From Zestosphaera tikiterensis (GTDB taxonomy: Archaea > Thermoproteota > Thermoprotei_A > Sulfolobales > NBVN01): a stretch of 32,000 bases of DNA. The stretch covers positions 390,001 through 422,000 of the forward strand of contig NBVN01000004.1 in assembly GCA_003056265.1 (NCBI GenBank), read 5' to 3'. Below, one piece after another: positions 23,773 through 32,000 of the stretch; the stretch's first letter is position 1; each line of letters begins with the position of its first letter. Under the pieces are notes generated by a model that was given only the letters and a program-made list of their open reading frames with translations, did no database searches and was not told the origin of the DNA. The position numbers and the translations under genes were made by a program.

Positions 23773-24316
23773 CTTTAGAAACCCCCTTCAACAACTTACT
23801 AAGTAAGCTAATCAACGTATCTTCCTTACTTAACGGCGGCTTAACAGGCTCTCCCTTTAAAGCCTTACGCACTCTATCCGGGAATGAGGGGACAACGATG
23901 CTTAAGTCTATATCGCTTAACACCCCTTCATACTTCTCTTTGTAAGCTATCTTCCCATCAACCCAACTCAAAAGAACTGTGGTCGGTGATGAATGAACGT
24001 CAAAGTATGTGAAAGTTGCTGACGCAGGTATGGAATTACATTCCCTCGCGAACCAATCACATAAAACTATGTAGAAGTTGAAGTTCGTTGGACCCATGCG
24101 TAACTTCCTTACGAAGGGATACCAGTAAATATCGTATCTCCTACACGCAGAGCATTTAGTATTATCGAAATACATTACAGCGTACATGTCCTTAGGGATG
24201 AAAGGATCTGCACCAGCAACATCTACGTAGACCCACACATCGTTAGCTTTATCATATTTGTAAATTCCGTGTTTGTCGTTAGGCGTTACTTCCTTCACAG
24301 CGTAGTCAACGGTCAT
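23762..24316 (-). CDS. thioredoxin-fold protein with CxxC motif, hypothetical
   Basis: 184 aa. AVMYFDNTKCSACRRY has a strand-CxxC-helix arrangement. Downstream SSPTTVLL..DGKI resembles the cis-Pro/beta region of thioredoxins. Its stop overlaps the sufS start by 11 nt. Confidence 0.6.
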   Translation of the reverse strand: MTVDYAVKEVTPNDKHGIYKYDKANDVWVYVDVAGADPFIPKDMYAVMYFDNTKCSACRRYDIYWYPFVRKLRMGPTNFNFYIVLCDWFARECNSIPASATFTYFDVHSSPTTVLLSWVDGKIAYKEKYEGVLSDIDLSIVVPSFPDRVRKALKGEPVKPPLSKEDTLISLLSKLLKGVSKDDV

Positions 24317-24409
24317 TCAATACCCCAAAGATCTTAAGTCTACGTTAAAATAAACTTAAAGCAACGAACATATTACCTCATCAAGATAAAGTATCGTGGG
24401 TGGTTCACC

Positions 24410-25270
24410 GTGAGATTAGGTCCAGCTCTAATTCAGGGTGTGTCTAAGAACTCTGTGTTAGTTTCGTCTGTAAAGCAGTATATAATCATTAGGAGGACTA
24501 AGTATCAGGAAGCTCAAATATTAGAGTTCGACGACTTCGGTAAGGCTTTAGTGTTAGATGGCTATATTCAATCCACTGAGTTCGACGAGTTTATGTATCA
24601 TGAATCGCTTGTACATCCGGCTATGGTAGCACATCCAAGGCCTGAGAATGTGTTAATAATTGGGGGTGGTGAGGGAGCTACATTACGTGAGGTTTTAAAA
24701 CATAACGTCGTTAAGAAGGCTGTCATGGTGGATATAGACGGTGAGTTAGTTGAGTTAGCTAAAGAGTATTTAGGATTTATGCATCAAGGCTCCTTCAACG
24801 ATTCTAGGGCGGAGGTAATTATTGAAGACGGCCTTAAGTACGTGGAAAAAGCCCCTAAAAACTTCTTCGACGTTGTAGTTCTTGATTTAACCGATCCTTA
24901 CGGTCCTGAAATAGGTAGGCTGCTTTACTCAACGGAGTTCTACGCTAAAGTAAAGACGTTGATTAAGACTCCAGGCATAGTAGTTACGCAAGCAGGTAAT
25001 TCATTCTTCTTCCCCGAAGTTTACGAGGACGTTTTAAACAGCATGAAAAGAAACTTCAGCGTGGTTAGAGAGTATTGGACTTGGATACCTTCGTTTGGCT
25101 ACGCATGTAACTTCATAGTTGGTTCAGACGGGTTAGATCCTCGAGCGCTAACCGAATCTAAAGTTAATGAAACACTGAAGTTAAGGGGGGTAGCAACTAG
25201 GTATTATGACGGAAGACAGCATGAAGCGTTTTTCAAGAATAAAGTGGTCGTCGGTGTGAGAAAAGGATAA
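24410..25270 (+). CDS. speE: spermidine synthase / aminopropyltransferase
   Basis: 286 aa, GTG start. GGGEGATLREVLKH, VDIDGELVELAKEY, VLDLTDP. Confidence 0.9.
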   Translation: MRLGPALIQGVSKNSVLVSSVKQYIIIRRTKYQEAQILEFDDFGKALVLDGYIQSTEFDEFMYHESLVHPAMVAHPRPENVLIIGGGEGATLREVLKHNVVKKAVMVDIDGELVELAKEYLGFMHQGSFNDSRAEVIIEDGLKYVEKAPKNFFDVVVLDLTDPYGPEIGRLLYSTEFYAKVKTLIKTPGIVVTQAGNSFFFPEVYEDVLNSMKRNFSVVREYWTWIPSFGYACNFIVGSDGLDPRALTESKVNETLKLRGVATRYYDGRQHEAFFKNKVVVGVRKG

Positions 25271-25290
25271 GGAATCTTCATTATGTTTTA

Positions 25291-26178
25291 CTATTGCCCT
25301 TCTAACGCATTTCCTTCCTTCAGATATTCTAAGATTTTCGAAGCGATCTCATCGAATACCTTAGTAACTGGGGAATCTGGATATTTCAACACGTAGGGCG
25401 TTCCCTCATCATTTGCCTCAGCTATTCTAGGGTCTAAAGGTATCTCACCTAAGAAAGGTATTCCATACTTCTCAGCTATTCGTCTTCCGGTTCCTGTGCC
25501 TAAGACTTTATACGTTTTTCCGGAATCAGGGCAGTAGAATGATGACATGTTCTCAATAACGCCCAACGGCTTCATACCTATTCTCCTGGCGAAGGCTATG
25601 GACCTACCTACGACAAGTATAGACACTTCAGAAGGTATCGTTATGAAGATAGCGCCGTCAAGTTTAGGTATTTCCTGAGCTACGGTAATTGCTTCATCGC
25701 TGGTTCCTGGAGGCATGTCAATCACTAGAAAGTCGAGCGGACCCCAATACACGTCAGTTAAGAATTGAAGTAAGGCTGAGGTTTTTATAGGGCCTCTCCA
25801 AATGACTGGGGTATCGTCGTCAGGTAGGAGGAAATCTAGAGATATGACCTTTAGGTCTAGGGGCCCTACAGCAGGTAAAATCCCTTCGGAAGTCGCTATA
25901 AGCCTCTGACCTCTAATCCCAAGCATCTTAGGTGCTGAAGGACCGTGGAAATCAACATCCATAAGACCTACTTCAAAACCTAACTTCCTTAAAGTTAAGG
26001 AAAGGTTTGAAGCTATGAAGGACTTGCCTACACCGCCCTTACCTGACATCACAGCTATGACATGCTTTATCCCCTGCATCCTCTCAAGGACTTTCTGTTT
26101 TCTAGCATCTTGAGGCCTTGGAGGTAGTCTAACCGAAGGTTTTCTACTCTCGCCTTCTCCACTCAAGCACTTCCCCAA
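25291..26178 (-). CDS. Mrp/NBP35 (ApbC-like) P-loop ATPase
   Basis: 295 aa. Deviant Walker A SGKGGVGKS, DMPPGTSD. The usual C-x-x-C reads YCPDSG here (second Cys replaced by Ser). Start is uncertain (TTG 26178 or ATG about 26079). Confidence 0.9.
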   Translation of the reverse strand: MGKCLSGEGESRKPSVRLPPRPQDARKQKVLERMQGIKHVIAVMSGKGGVGKSFIASNLSLTLRKLGFEVGLMDVDFHGPSAPKMLGIRGQRLIATSEGILPAVGPLDLKVISLDFLLPDDDTPVIWRGPIKTSALLQFLTDVYWGPLDFLVIDMPPGTSDEAITVAQEIPKLDGAIFITIPSEVSILVVGRSIAFARRIGMKPLGVIENMSSFYCPDSGKTYKVLGTGTGRRIAEKYGIPFLGEIPLDPRIAEANDEGTPYVLKYPDSPVTKVFDEIASKILEYLKEGNALEGQ

Positions 26179-26445
26179 AACCTATTTTAACGCAGTTAAA
26201 AAGCTCTTTAAACAGTAGGTTAAACTTAACTAATTAACTACGTAAAACTTAAAACATGTTTCGTGGCTGAAGACCCACAGATTCTTTAACTCATTAAAAG
26301 TAGTTGATGAGGTAACTTTTACGCTTCACCTTAACTTATTAGAGTTAATCTATGGAGTCAAAGCCCTGATAATTCCAGCTGTTTAGATGCTTTATAATCG
26401 GTCGTTATTATCTACCTAGTAAAACTTTTAGAGGTGGTGTAAGCT

Positions 26446-27078
26446 ATGGTGGATGTCTTAGATTTAAGTTTCGTTAAAGAGTATTTAGATAAGCTTGACT
26501 CGGCTAGGGAGGTCTTAATTAAACGTAGTAGGGAGTTAACGCAGATGTCAAAACGAGTGATTAGCTACTGCTTAAGAGGACAAATGGATAATGCTTACGA
26601 AGAGTTAACTAGGCTTTCTAAGGCGTATGAAGAGTTGATAAGCGCTTTATCAGATAGTGCCGAACTTCAACATTCGCAACTCCTCTACTCCGTGGTTGCG
26701 GAGTATGTCGAAGCTTTAACGTTCTTTGAAGTTTTAAGGAACGGTAAGCTACCTAGCGTAGGTGAAGTTAAAACGCACGTCATACCTTACGTTTTAGGTT
26801 TAGCCGATCTTATAGGAGAACTTAAGAGATATTCGCTTGAGTTAGTTAGGTTAGGTAAATATAATGAGAGTATGAAATACTTAAAACTTTCTGAAGATAT
26901 TTACGAATCGCTGACGTCATTAACATACCCTGACGTTATCCTTCCAGGTCTTAGGAGGAAGTTAGACATATACAGGAAAGTTATAGATGATTGGAAGGAG
27001 TTTCTACTAGATTTAATATCGAGAAAAGAACTTAAAGACCTGCTAAGAAAACACTACGGTAGCGTTAATGAATTATAA
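26446..27078 (+). CDS. translin-family protein (archaeal COG2178-type)
   Basis: 210 aa, all-helical, with YVEALTFFEVL and YVLGLADLIGELKR motifs reminiscent of translin/TRAX. A GAGGTGG motif lies upstream of the ATG. Confidence 0.6.
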   Translation: MVDVLDLSFVKEYLDKLDSAREVLIKRSRELTQMSKRVISYCLRGQMDNAYEELTRLSKAYEELISALSDSAELQHSQLLYSVVAEYVEALTFFEVLRNGKLPSVGEVKTHVIPYVLGLADLIGELKRYSLELVRLGKYNESMKYLKLSEDIYESLTSLTYPDVILPGLRRKLDIYRKVIDDWKEFLLDLISRKELKDLLRKHYGSVNEL

Positions 27079-27150
27079 GTTCTGAAGTTTTCATTACGCT
27101 TAAGTTATGGTTTTATGCTTATGGATATGTTGGGTTTTAACGGCTGACGG

Positions 27151-27226
27151 CCCCTGTTGTTTTTTAACAGGGGTTCTCCCCCTAGGGCTTCCATCACCTC
27201 TCTGAAGCCCCTCATCGAGGGTGATG
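27151..27226. other. pair of GC-rich stem-loops between convergent genes (possible bidirectional terminator or small RNA)
   Basis: A perfect 8-bp stem cccctgtt/aacagggg has a T-rich loop (27151-27173). It is followed by catcacc...ggtgatg (27192-27226), which encloses ccctc-atc-gaggg. Confidence 0.3.
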
Positions 27227-27257
27227 AGCTGTTGCTAGATAAGTATGAGGTTATGTT

Positions 27258-28256
27258 TTAAAGCCATTTAAGTACGTTATCTACGTATTGAAATGTTATG
27301 GGTGACCCACCGGTGTGTATGAATACGACGTTTTCATTTCTCCTTATCTCACCCTTATGGATTAAATCTATGAGTCCATACATGCCTTTAGCTGTGTATA
27401 CAGGGTCTAGTATGAGGCCTTCAGTACGTGCTACATACTTCATGGTGTCAACAACTTCTTTAGTTATTACTCCATAACCTCCAAACACATAATCATCATA
27501 CACTATGACGTCATCTGAGGTTACTTTAACCTCTATGTTGAAGGCTTTGCTGGCTTGATTAACGAGCTTTAACACCCTAGCTTGTTCCTCTGAAGCTTTC
27601 CTACCGTTGCTAATCCCTATGACTTTAACGTCATCTACGCCTAAGGCTTTTAAACCAAGTATAAGTCCTGCTTGAGTAGCTCCAGTACCTGTTGTGTGGA
27701 TTATATACTTAGGTCTTACGTTGAGGGCTAGGGTCTGTTGAATTATTTCTAAAGCTGCTAACGCATACCCTAAAACCCCGTATTCCGAAGCCCCACCTGC
27801 TGGGATGATATATGGTCTTCTACCGGAGGATTTAAGTTCCTCAGCTATTCTCTCCATAACCGCGTCAGCGTCCTCACCGTTTTCAACGTATGTTATCTTA
27901 GCTCCTAAGAGGGAATCCAGCAGTAAATTCCCTTGAATCACTTCCTTACTCCCAGGAGGGGTTAAAACCAAATGTGCTTCAAGACCTGCTTTCCTAGCGG
28001 CTGCCGCTGTTAACCTAGCGTGGTTTGAGTGAATCGCCCCACGCGTTATTAAAACGTCCGCTCCCTTACTCAAGGCATCAGCTAATATAAACTCAAGCTT
28101 CCTAACTTTATTACCGCCGAGAGCTAATTCCATCACATCATCTCTCTTAATTAACAGGTTAACCCCTAAATCCCTACTTAAGTTTGAAGCTTTCTCAATA
28201 GGTGTTGGGAGGGTAGTGAGCTTAAACCTAGGCATGGTTAAGACACGCCACATCAA
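27258..28256 (-). CDS. PLP-dependent ACC deaminase / D-cysteine desulfhydrase family enzyme
   Basis: 332 aa. The LGGNKVRKLEF lysine motif and HTGG. The likely real start is the Met of MPRFKL (about 28235). Confidence 0.9.
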   Translation of the reverse strand: MMWRVLTMPRFKLTTLPTPIEKASNLSRDLGVNLLIKRDDVMELALGGNKVRKLEFILADALSKGADVLITRGAIHSNHARLTAAAARKAGLEAHLVLTPPGSKEVIQGNLLLDSLLGAKITYVENGEDADAVMERIAEELKSSGRRPYIIPAGGASEYGVLGYALAALEIIQQTLALNVRPKYIIHTTGTGATQAGLILGLKALGVDDVKVIGISNGRKASEEQARVLKLVNQASKAFNIEVKVTSDDVIVYDDYVFGGYGVITKEVVDTMKYVARTEGLILDPVYTAKGMYGLIDLIHKGEIRRNENVVFIHTGGSPITFQYVDNVLKWL

Positions 28257-28304
28257 GACCTACACCCTATAACCATAGTGGATTAGGTTTAAATTCCTTA
28301 CCGA

Positions 28305-28505
28305 TCAGAAGTAGCCAGGTGGCACGCCATCCTTCAGCAGAAGATGTTTAAATCTATCATCCTCAACGCTTAAGAACACGTACATGAAGCCATTATTAGA
28401 AACGAAAACCTCCCTAACTAAAGCGGCAGATACTTCAACACCCTCTAAGAAAAATGAACCTCCACCGTATGTTACCCATTTAAAAGGGCCGTACCATGGA
28501 GTCAT
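28305..28505 (-). CDS. hypothetical small protein
   Basis: 66-aa ORF on the same strand between flanking genes. No recognisable motif. Confidence 0.35.
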   Translation of the reverse strand: MTPWYGPFKWVTYGGGSFFLEGVEVSAALVREVFVSNNGFMYVFLSVEDDRFKHLLLKDGVPPGYF

Positions 28506-28549
28506 TCACACTTACCGTTAACTTAAATTTCCAACAGAGTTTAAACGCT

Positions 28550-28783
28550 TTAGAAGTTTTGACTTAAGAGCTCCTCAACTTCTTCAAGGGACATGAACAC
28601 CTCAGCTAACTTAATCACGTTGGATAACGTAGGCTCTTTACGTGTTTTAGAAGCTAACGGTTTATACTCTGGATGTTCATATATTAGAAACCTCAGCATC
28701 TCCTCCAACAGCTTACGTCCTTCAGAGTTTAAAACACCGTTTTTATCGAAGTACAGCCTATACTCGGTTAGTAACTTCCTCAT
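28550..28783 (-). CDS. hypothetical small helical protein
   Basis: 77 aa with charged, helical composition. Preferred over the Ser/Leu-rich antisense ORF 28593-28850. Confidence 0.45.
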   Translation of the reverse strand: MRKLLTEYRLYFDKNGVLNSEGRKLLEEMLRFLIYEHPEYKPLASKTRKEPTLSNVIKLAEVFMSLEEVEELLSQNF

Positions 28784-28857
28784 TAAAGACTTAACGTCCT
28801 TACCTACGGCTTTAAACCCTTCGTTGACGAAGGTTTTTCACCTGTGTTAACGCGTCG

Positions 28858-29097
28858 CTACCTAGACGTTATTAAAGTCGACGTTCTCTGAACCCCCGGT
28901 ATTTTCCTTAACTGGGTTACTACCCTATCTACTTCCTTAAGTTCTGTGGTTTCAACTATTACGACTAGATCGTATTCGCCGAAAACTACGTCGACAGATA
29001 CTTTAGTTTTCTCATTGCCTAGCTTAAGTATTTCCTCAGCTATTTGATATTCGGTACCTAAGGAAACAACTGTTAGTATGTATGCTTTAACAGACAT
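28858..29097 (-). CDS. stand-alone Lrp/AsnC ligand-binding (RAM) domain protein
   Basis: 79 aa. AYILTVV...VDVVFGEYDLVVIVE...IPGVQRTSTLI is the beta-alpha-beta-beta-alpha-beta RAM pattern. No HTH is present. Confidence 0.8.
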   Translation of the reverse strand: MSVKAYILTVVSLGTEYQIAEEILKLGNEKTKVSVDVVFGEYDLVVIVETTELKEVDRVVTQLRKIPGVQRTSTLITSR

Positions 29098-29217
29098 TTT
29101 AATTACCTATTTCCTAGGTTAATGAACGTTAATAAAGTTGATTCAGGTCTTAACGTATGAAGCATTGATAGTTAAGCTTTTAAAGCGTTAATTACGTTAT
29201 TTAGGAGGTCGGGCATA

Positions 29218-30204
29218 ATGTCAAGAGTTGTTTATACGTTTAAACCTAATAAAGCAGCGTTCGACGTCTTAAGTAAAGAGGGTATAGACTACACGTACTT
29301 CGACGGAAATCAACCGGATATCGAATGGTTGGCTAAGAACTTAAAAGAAGCTGAGGTTGTTGTTGTGCCTCCATGGCAGTTCTTCACAGCAGAGCACTTC
29401 AACTTAGCGCCGAAGCTTAAGTTGTTGTTTGTAGGTGGTTCAGGCCTAGATAAAATAGATTTAAATGAAGCAAGTAAGCGCGGCGTCTGCGTTGCTAACG
29501 CTCCGGATGCCATAGCTAAAGCCGTAGCGGAGCATGCGTTAGCTTTAACCCTAGCGGTGCTTAGGAACGTAGTTAGAGGTGATAGGATAGTTAGGTCTGG
29601 TGGTTGGGGTAGCGATACTCAAAGGTTGTTACTAGCTACTTCCATAGCCGGTAAGCGAGTGGGGATTATCGGTTTAGGTAGGGTGGGTGCTGAGGTAGCT
29701 AAGCTGTTTAAAGCTTTAAATGCTGAGGTGGTTTACTGGAGTAGAGCCAGGAAGACTGAAGTTGAGCATGCTCTAGACATTAAATACGTAACTCTAGACG
29801 AGTTACTTACGTCTTCAGATGTAATAATCGTGTCTATAGCCTTAACCAACGAGACTAAAGGATTGATAAGTCACAGGGAATTCTCGTTGATGAAGCCCGG
29901 CGCTATAGTGATTAACGTATCTAGAGGAGCTGTAATAGATGAGGAAGCCTTGATTAAAGCTTTAAGTGAGGGTAGGGTGAGGGCAGGTCTTGACGTATAT
30001 GTTAAAGAACCCCTACCTAAAGATTCGGAACTCACTAGGTTTGATAATGTTGTATTAACGCCTCACATAGCTGGGTTTACTTTAGAGGCTTTACGAGATA
30101 CGGCGATCTTCGTCGCTACTGAAATAGTAAACTTCCTAACTAGGAAATCCCTACCATACACAGTAGTTAATAGGGATTCGTGCGTAGAGGAAAAACCCCG
30201 TTAA
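29218..30204 (+). CDS. D-isomer-specific 2-hydroxyacid dehydrogenase (glyoxylate/hydroxypyruvate reductase-like)
   Basis: 328 aa. NAD motif GLGRVGAEVAK, SRGAVIDEEAL, TPHIAG. GGAGG lies upstream of the ATG. Confidence 0.92.
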   Translation: MSRVVYTFKPNKAAFDVLSKEGIDYTYFDGNQPDIEWLAKNLKEAEVVVVPPWQFFTAEHFNLAPKLKLLFVGGSGLDKIDLNEASKRGVCVANAPDAIAKAVAEHALALTLAVLRNVVRGDRIVRSGGWGSDTQRLLLATSIAGKRVGIIGLGRVGAEVAKLFKALNAEVVYWSRARKTEVEHALDIKYVTLDELLTSSDVIIVSIALTNETKGLISHREFSLMKPGAIVINVSRGAVIDEEALIKALSEGRVRAGLDVYVKEPLPKDSELTRFDNVVLTPHIAGFTLEALRDTAIFVATEIVNFLTRKSLPYTVVNRDSCVEEKPR

Positions 30205-30264
30205 GTAATTTAAGAGGTGTGAATGTTTTTTAACCTCGTTTAAATTTGAACCTCTCTTAAGTTT

Positions 30265-30891
30265 TTAAGTTAAGGTTATGTATATGCCTACAGACAGTAA
30301 CAACATAGCTATCCACTCTATAGGCGATGCCCTAAATATTTTAAAGCCGTCTAAAGGAGGTATAGGTAGTAAGTTAAATAATGCTATCCAAGAATTAACT
30401 GTAGCTACGTAATAAAGCGTTAAGTAAGGTATGCCCGTTAAGATACTCGCTTTTAAAATAACCCAAGCGATTATAGCTAGGACTATATTAGATAGGGGGC
30501 CTGCCTCAGCAATTCTGAGTTCGGCTTTCAAATCTCTAAATCCGTAGTAACCGTAGACTATTACAGCTCCTGGGGCTGCGAAGACTAAAGGTCTGCCTAA
30601 CCTGCTCGTGATGAGCGCTATAGCTAATGCTATAGCTAGTCCTAAATACCATGCTCTATACCTAGCTATTAAACCGTACCTCCTAGCTACCTCTCTATGG
30701 GCTACTTCATGAACTACGAAGGCTGTTCCCACAGCTACCGCCGAGTAGAGTAGGGCCGTAAGCTCCTGCCTCGTCATTAAGCTATCTATCGAGAATACAA
30801 CACTCAACACAAGCCAGGATATAATTAAGTCGATAGTTTCATTTCTAAAACCTACCCTCACGTAACGTCCATACCACATATTCAGCATCAC
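30265..30891 (-). CDS. M50-family site-2-protease-like membrane metalloprotease
   Basis: 208 aa. HEVAHREVA (HExxH) within a TM helix and NLLPIPPLDG. Confidence 0.85.
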   Translation of the reverse strand: MMLNMWYGRYVRVGFRNETIDLIISWLVLSVVFSIDSLMTRQELTALLYSAVAVGTAFVVHEVAHREVARRYGLIARYRAWYLGLAIALAIALITSRLGRPLVFAAPGAVIVYGYYGFRDLKAELRIAEAGPLSNIVLAIIAWVILKASILTGIPYLTLYYVATVNSWIALFNLLPIPPLDGFKIFRASPIEWIAMLLLSVGIYITLT

Positions 30892-30954
30892 CTTACTTAA
30901 TTTAAAATTAACTTCTAAGTTTTTAAGGTAGGACGGCTCTACATTATGGAGTAG

Positions 30955-31386
30955 TTGATGGGTAGGTACGGTTTACTTACGGAGAAGCAGTATTTAATAC
31001 TTAAGCTGAGGTTGGAGGGGAAAACCCAGAAGGAAATAGCTGAGTTGATAGGGACGTCTAGAGAGAACGTATCCATAATAGAGAAGCGAGCCTTAAGGAA
31101 GGTTAAGCTTGCTGAGGAAACGCTTAAGGCTTATAGAGAACTTACCTGCGTATCTAAGTTTTCCATACCTTCAGGAACGCACTTAGCTAAAATACCTTCG
31201 ATTGTAATAGACGCTGCGTCTAAAGCTGGCGTCAAGTTAAGAGGTAACTACGCCTTAATATATGAAAGCATTAGATTTAACGCTAGGGATTGCGTTGAAG
31301 GCACTGTTTTAGTGAAGCCCGTTGAAGTTCGGATATTTAGAGACGGGTCTTTTGAGATAAATTCTCTACAAAAAACTGAGGAATAA
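30955..31386 (+). CDS. tfx: Tfx-family DNA-binding transcriptional regulator
   Basis: 143 aa. LTEKQYLILKLRLEGKTQKEIAELIGTSRENVSIIEKRALRKV is a LuxR/sigma-70 region-4 type HTH. It is followed by the Tfx C-terminal domain. Confidence 0.85.
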   Translation: MMGRYGLLTEKQYLILKLRLEGKTQKEIAELIGTSRENVSIIEKRALRKVKLAEETLKAYRELTCVSKFSIPSGTHLAKIPSIVIDAASKAGVKLRGNYALIYESIRFNARDCVEGTVLVKPVEVRIFRDGSFEINSLQKTEE

Positions 31387-31439
31387 GACGTTAAAACTTG
31401 AAACTAGGTTTTTAAAGTGTGGATAAGGAGGTGGTTAGA

Positions 31440-32000
31440 ATGCTTCAAAACTGTGTTTTAGTGGGTGGTGTTAACATAAGGTTTGAAGGGGAACTTCAGG
31501 ACGGATTCCTACAAGGTTTTCAACATACGTTTTCACGTAGGTACCTACCTGAGCCGATCTTAAATGAAGGGTGTTTGAGCGGGTATAACTCCATTGTTGA
31601 GAGGTATAGGGGTATTGAGTTTAAGGTTTTAGAATCTAAGTATGACGTGGATGGAGTATTAGACTACTTTAAGGTTGTCTCGGATATTCCGCAACCTTAT
31701 TTAAATGAGTCGCCTGTTTTCTTTCTGCTTCAGGTTGCTGCCCGTGGAGGTGCTAAAATAGGTAGGTTCTTTCTTACAGATTCTGTAGCTGTTGTAGATT
31801 CTAATGGTGAGGCAATACTCTTTCTTGGATATCCACATACCGGCAAGAGCACTATAGCGCTTATGGCTTATTCCAAAGGCTTCGAGGTTTTAAGTACAGA
31901 AAACACCGTAGTTGAGTTACGTGAGGGTAAGTTACACGTGGTTGGAGGTACTAAAGTACTGGTATACGATCCTTGGGTTGCTAGGGTATATAACATTAAA
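31440..32000 (+). CDS. P-loop protein resembling the HPr-kinase C-terminal (HprK-like) fold, partial (3' end outside window)
   Basis: Not in the track because it runs off the edge. From ATG 31440, preceded by AGGAGG, there are 187 stop-free codons. GEAILFLGYPHTGKSTIALMAYSKGFEVLSTEN resembles the G-x-S-G-x-GKS-x-x-A...L-x-x-D-D core of HprK-like kinases. Confidence 0.55.
   Translation, partial: MLQNCVLVGGVNIRFEGELQDGFLQGFQHTFSRRYLPEPILNEGCLSGYNSIVERYRGIEFKVLESKYDVDGVLDYFKVVSDIPQPYLNESPVFFLLQVAARGGAKIGRFFLTDSVAVVDSNGEAILFLGYPHTGKSTIALMAYSKGFEVLSTENTVVELREGKLHVVGGTKVLVYDPWVARVYNIK

Noticed and set aside
22724-23778. Three plus-strand ORFs (22724-23098, 23234-23527, 23596-23778) antisense to sufS
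   Set aside because: They are Ser/Leu/Thr/Pro-rich mirror-frame products of a strongly supported gene, with no motifs. The same reasoning applies to 20093-20329 and 20444-20713 (antisense to the AAA gene), 16949-17164, 17231-17428 and 17444-17626 (antisense to tnpB), and 6542-6724 and 6849-7043 (antisense to the oligopeptidase).
26304-26369. Possible C/D-box sRNA (tTGATGA ... CTGA) in the mrp/translin spacer
   Set aside because: The C box lacks the 5' purine. Fifty-five nt separate the boxes without internal D'/C' boxes, and there is no terminal stem. It more likely belongs to two divergent promoters.
1-32000. CRISPR arrays, rRNA genes, integrase/att sites, prophage or plasmid modules
   Set aside because: I saw no regularly spaced direct repeats, no rRNA-like conserved blocks, and no tyrosine or serine recombinase. 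The only mobile-element signal is the tnpB family described above.

Overview
Compact archaeal chromosomal window. Tfx, a translin-like protein, a stand-alone RAM-domain protein, short TATA-bearing spacers and 4-60 nt gene overlaps suggest a thermophilic crenarchaeon, possibly Thermoproteales-like, but this lineage guess is unverified. About 38 protein genes are supportable and most are housekeeping or metabolic. They include prolyl oligopeptidase, an HMGL-type carboxyltransferase, a SagB-type nitroreductase, an aldo/keto reductase, class-V aminotransferases including SufS, a DapA/KDG-aldolase family enzyme, spermidine synthase, an Mrp/NBP35 ATPase, an ACC-deaminase/D-Cys desulfhydrase family enzyme, a 2-hydroxyacid dehydrogenase, an M50 protease and Tfx. 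Three parts are not ordinary. (1) A divergent MoxR AAA+ / DUF58 / DUF4129-like / polytopic membrane / DUF4350-like cluster lies at 1-5394. (2) A tnpB-only IS200/IS605-type element (about 16879-18412) sits between two 5'-truncated gene fragments. A 216-bp tnpB-less miniature copy at 6172-6387 keeps a near-identical copy of the tnpB 3'-end (omega-RNA scaffold-type) segment, and it clips both vapC and the prolyl oligopeptidase gene. (3) A 567-bp gene-free interval (21931-22497) lies between convergent genes. It is bracketed by two inverted solo copies of the same IS-end hairpin and contains a GC-rich, self-complementary island that looks like an unannotated structured RNA. Also notable are a one-nucleotide frameshifted ORF downstream of an AAA ATPase that has an unknown N-domain, and a thioredoxin-like CxxC ORF overlapping sufS. 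No CRISPR array, rRNA or convincing tRNA was seen. All alignments and motif calls were made by eye, so coordinates of non-coding elements are approximate to a few nt.
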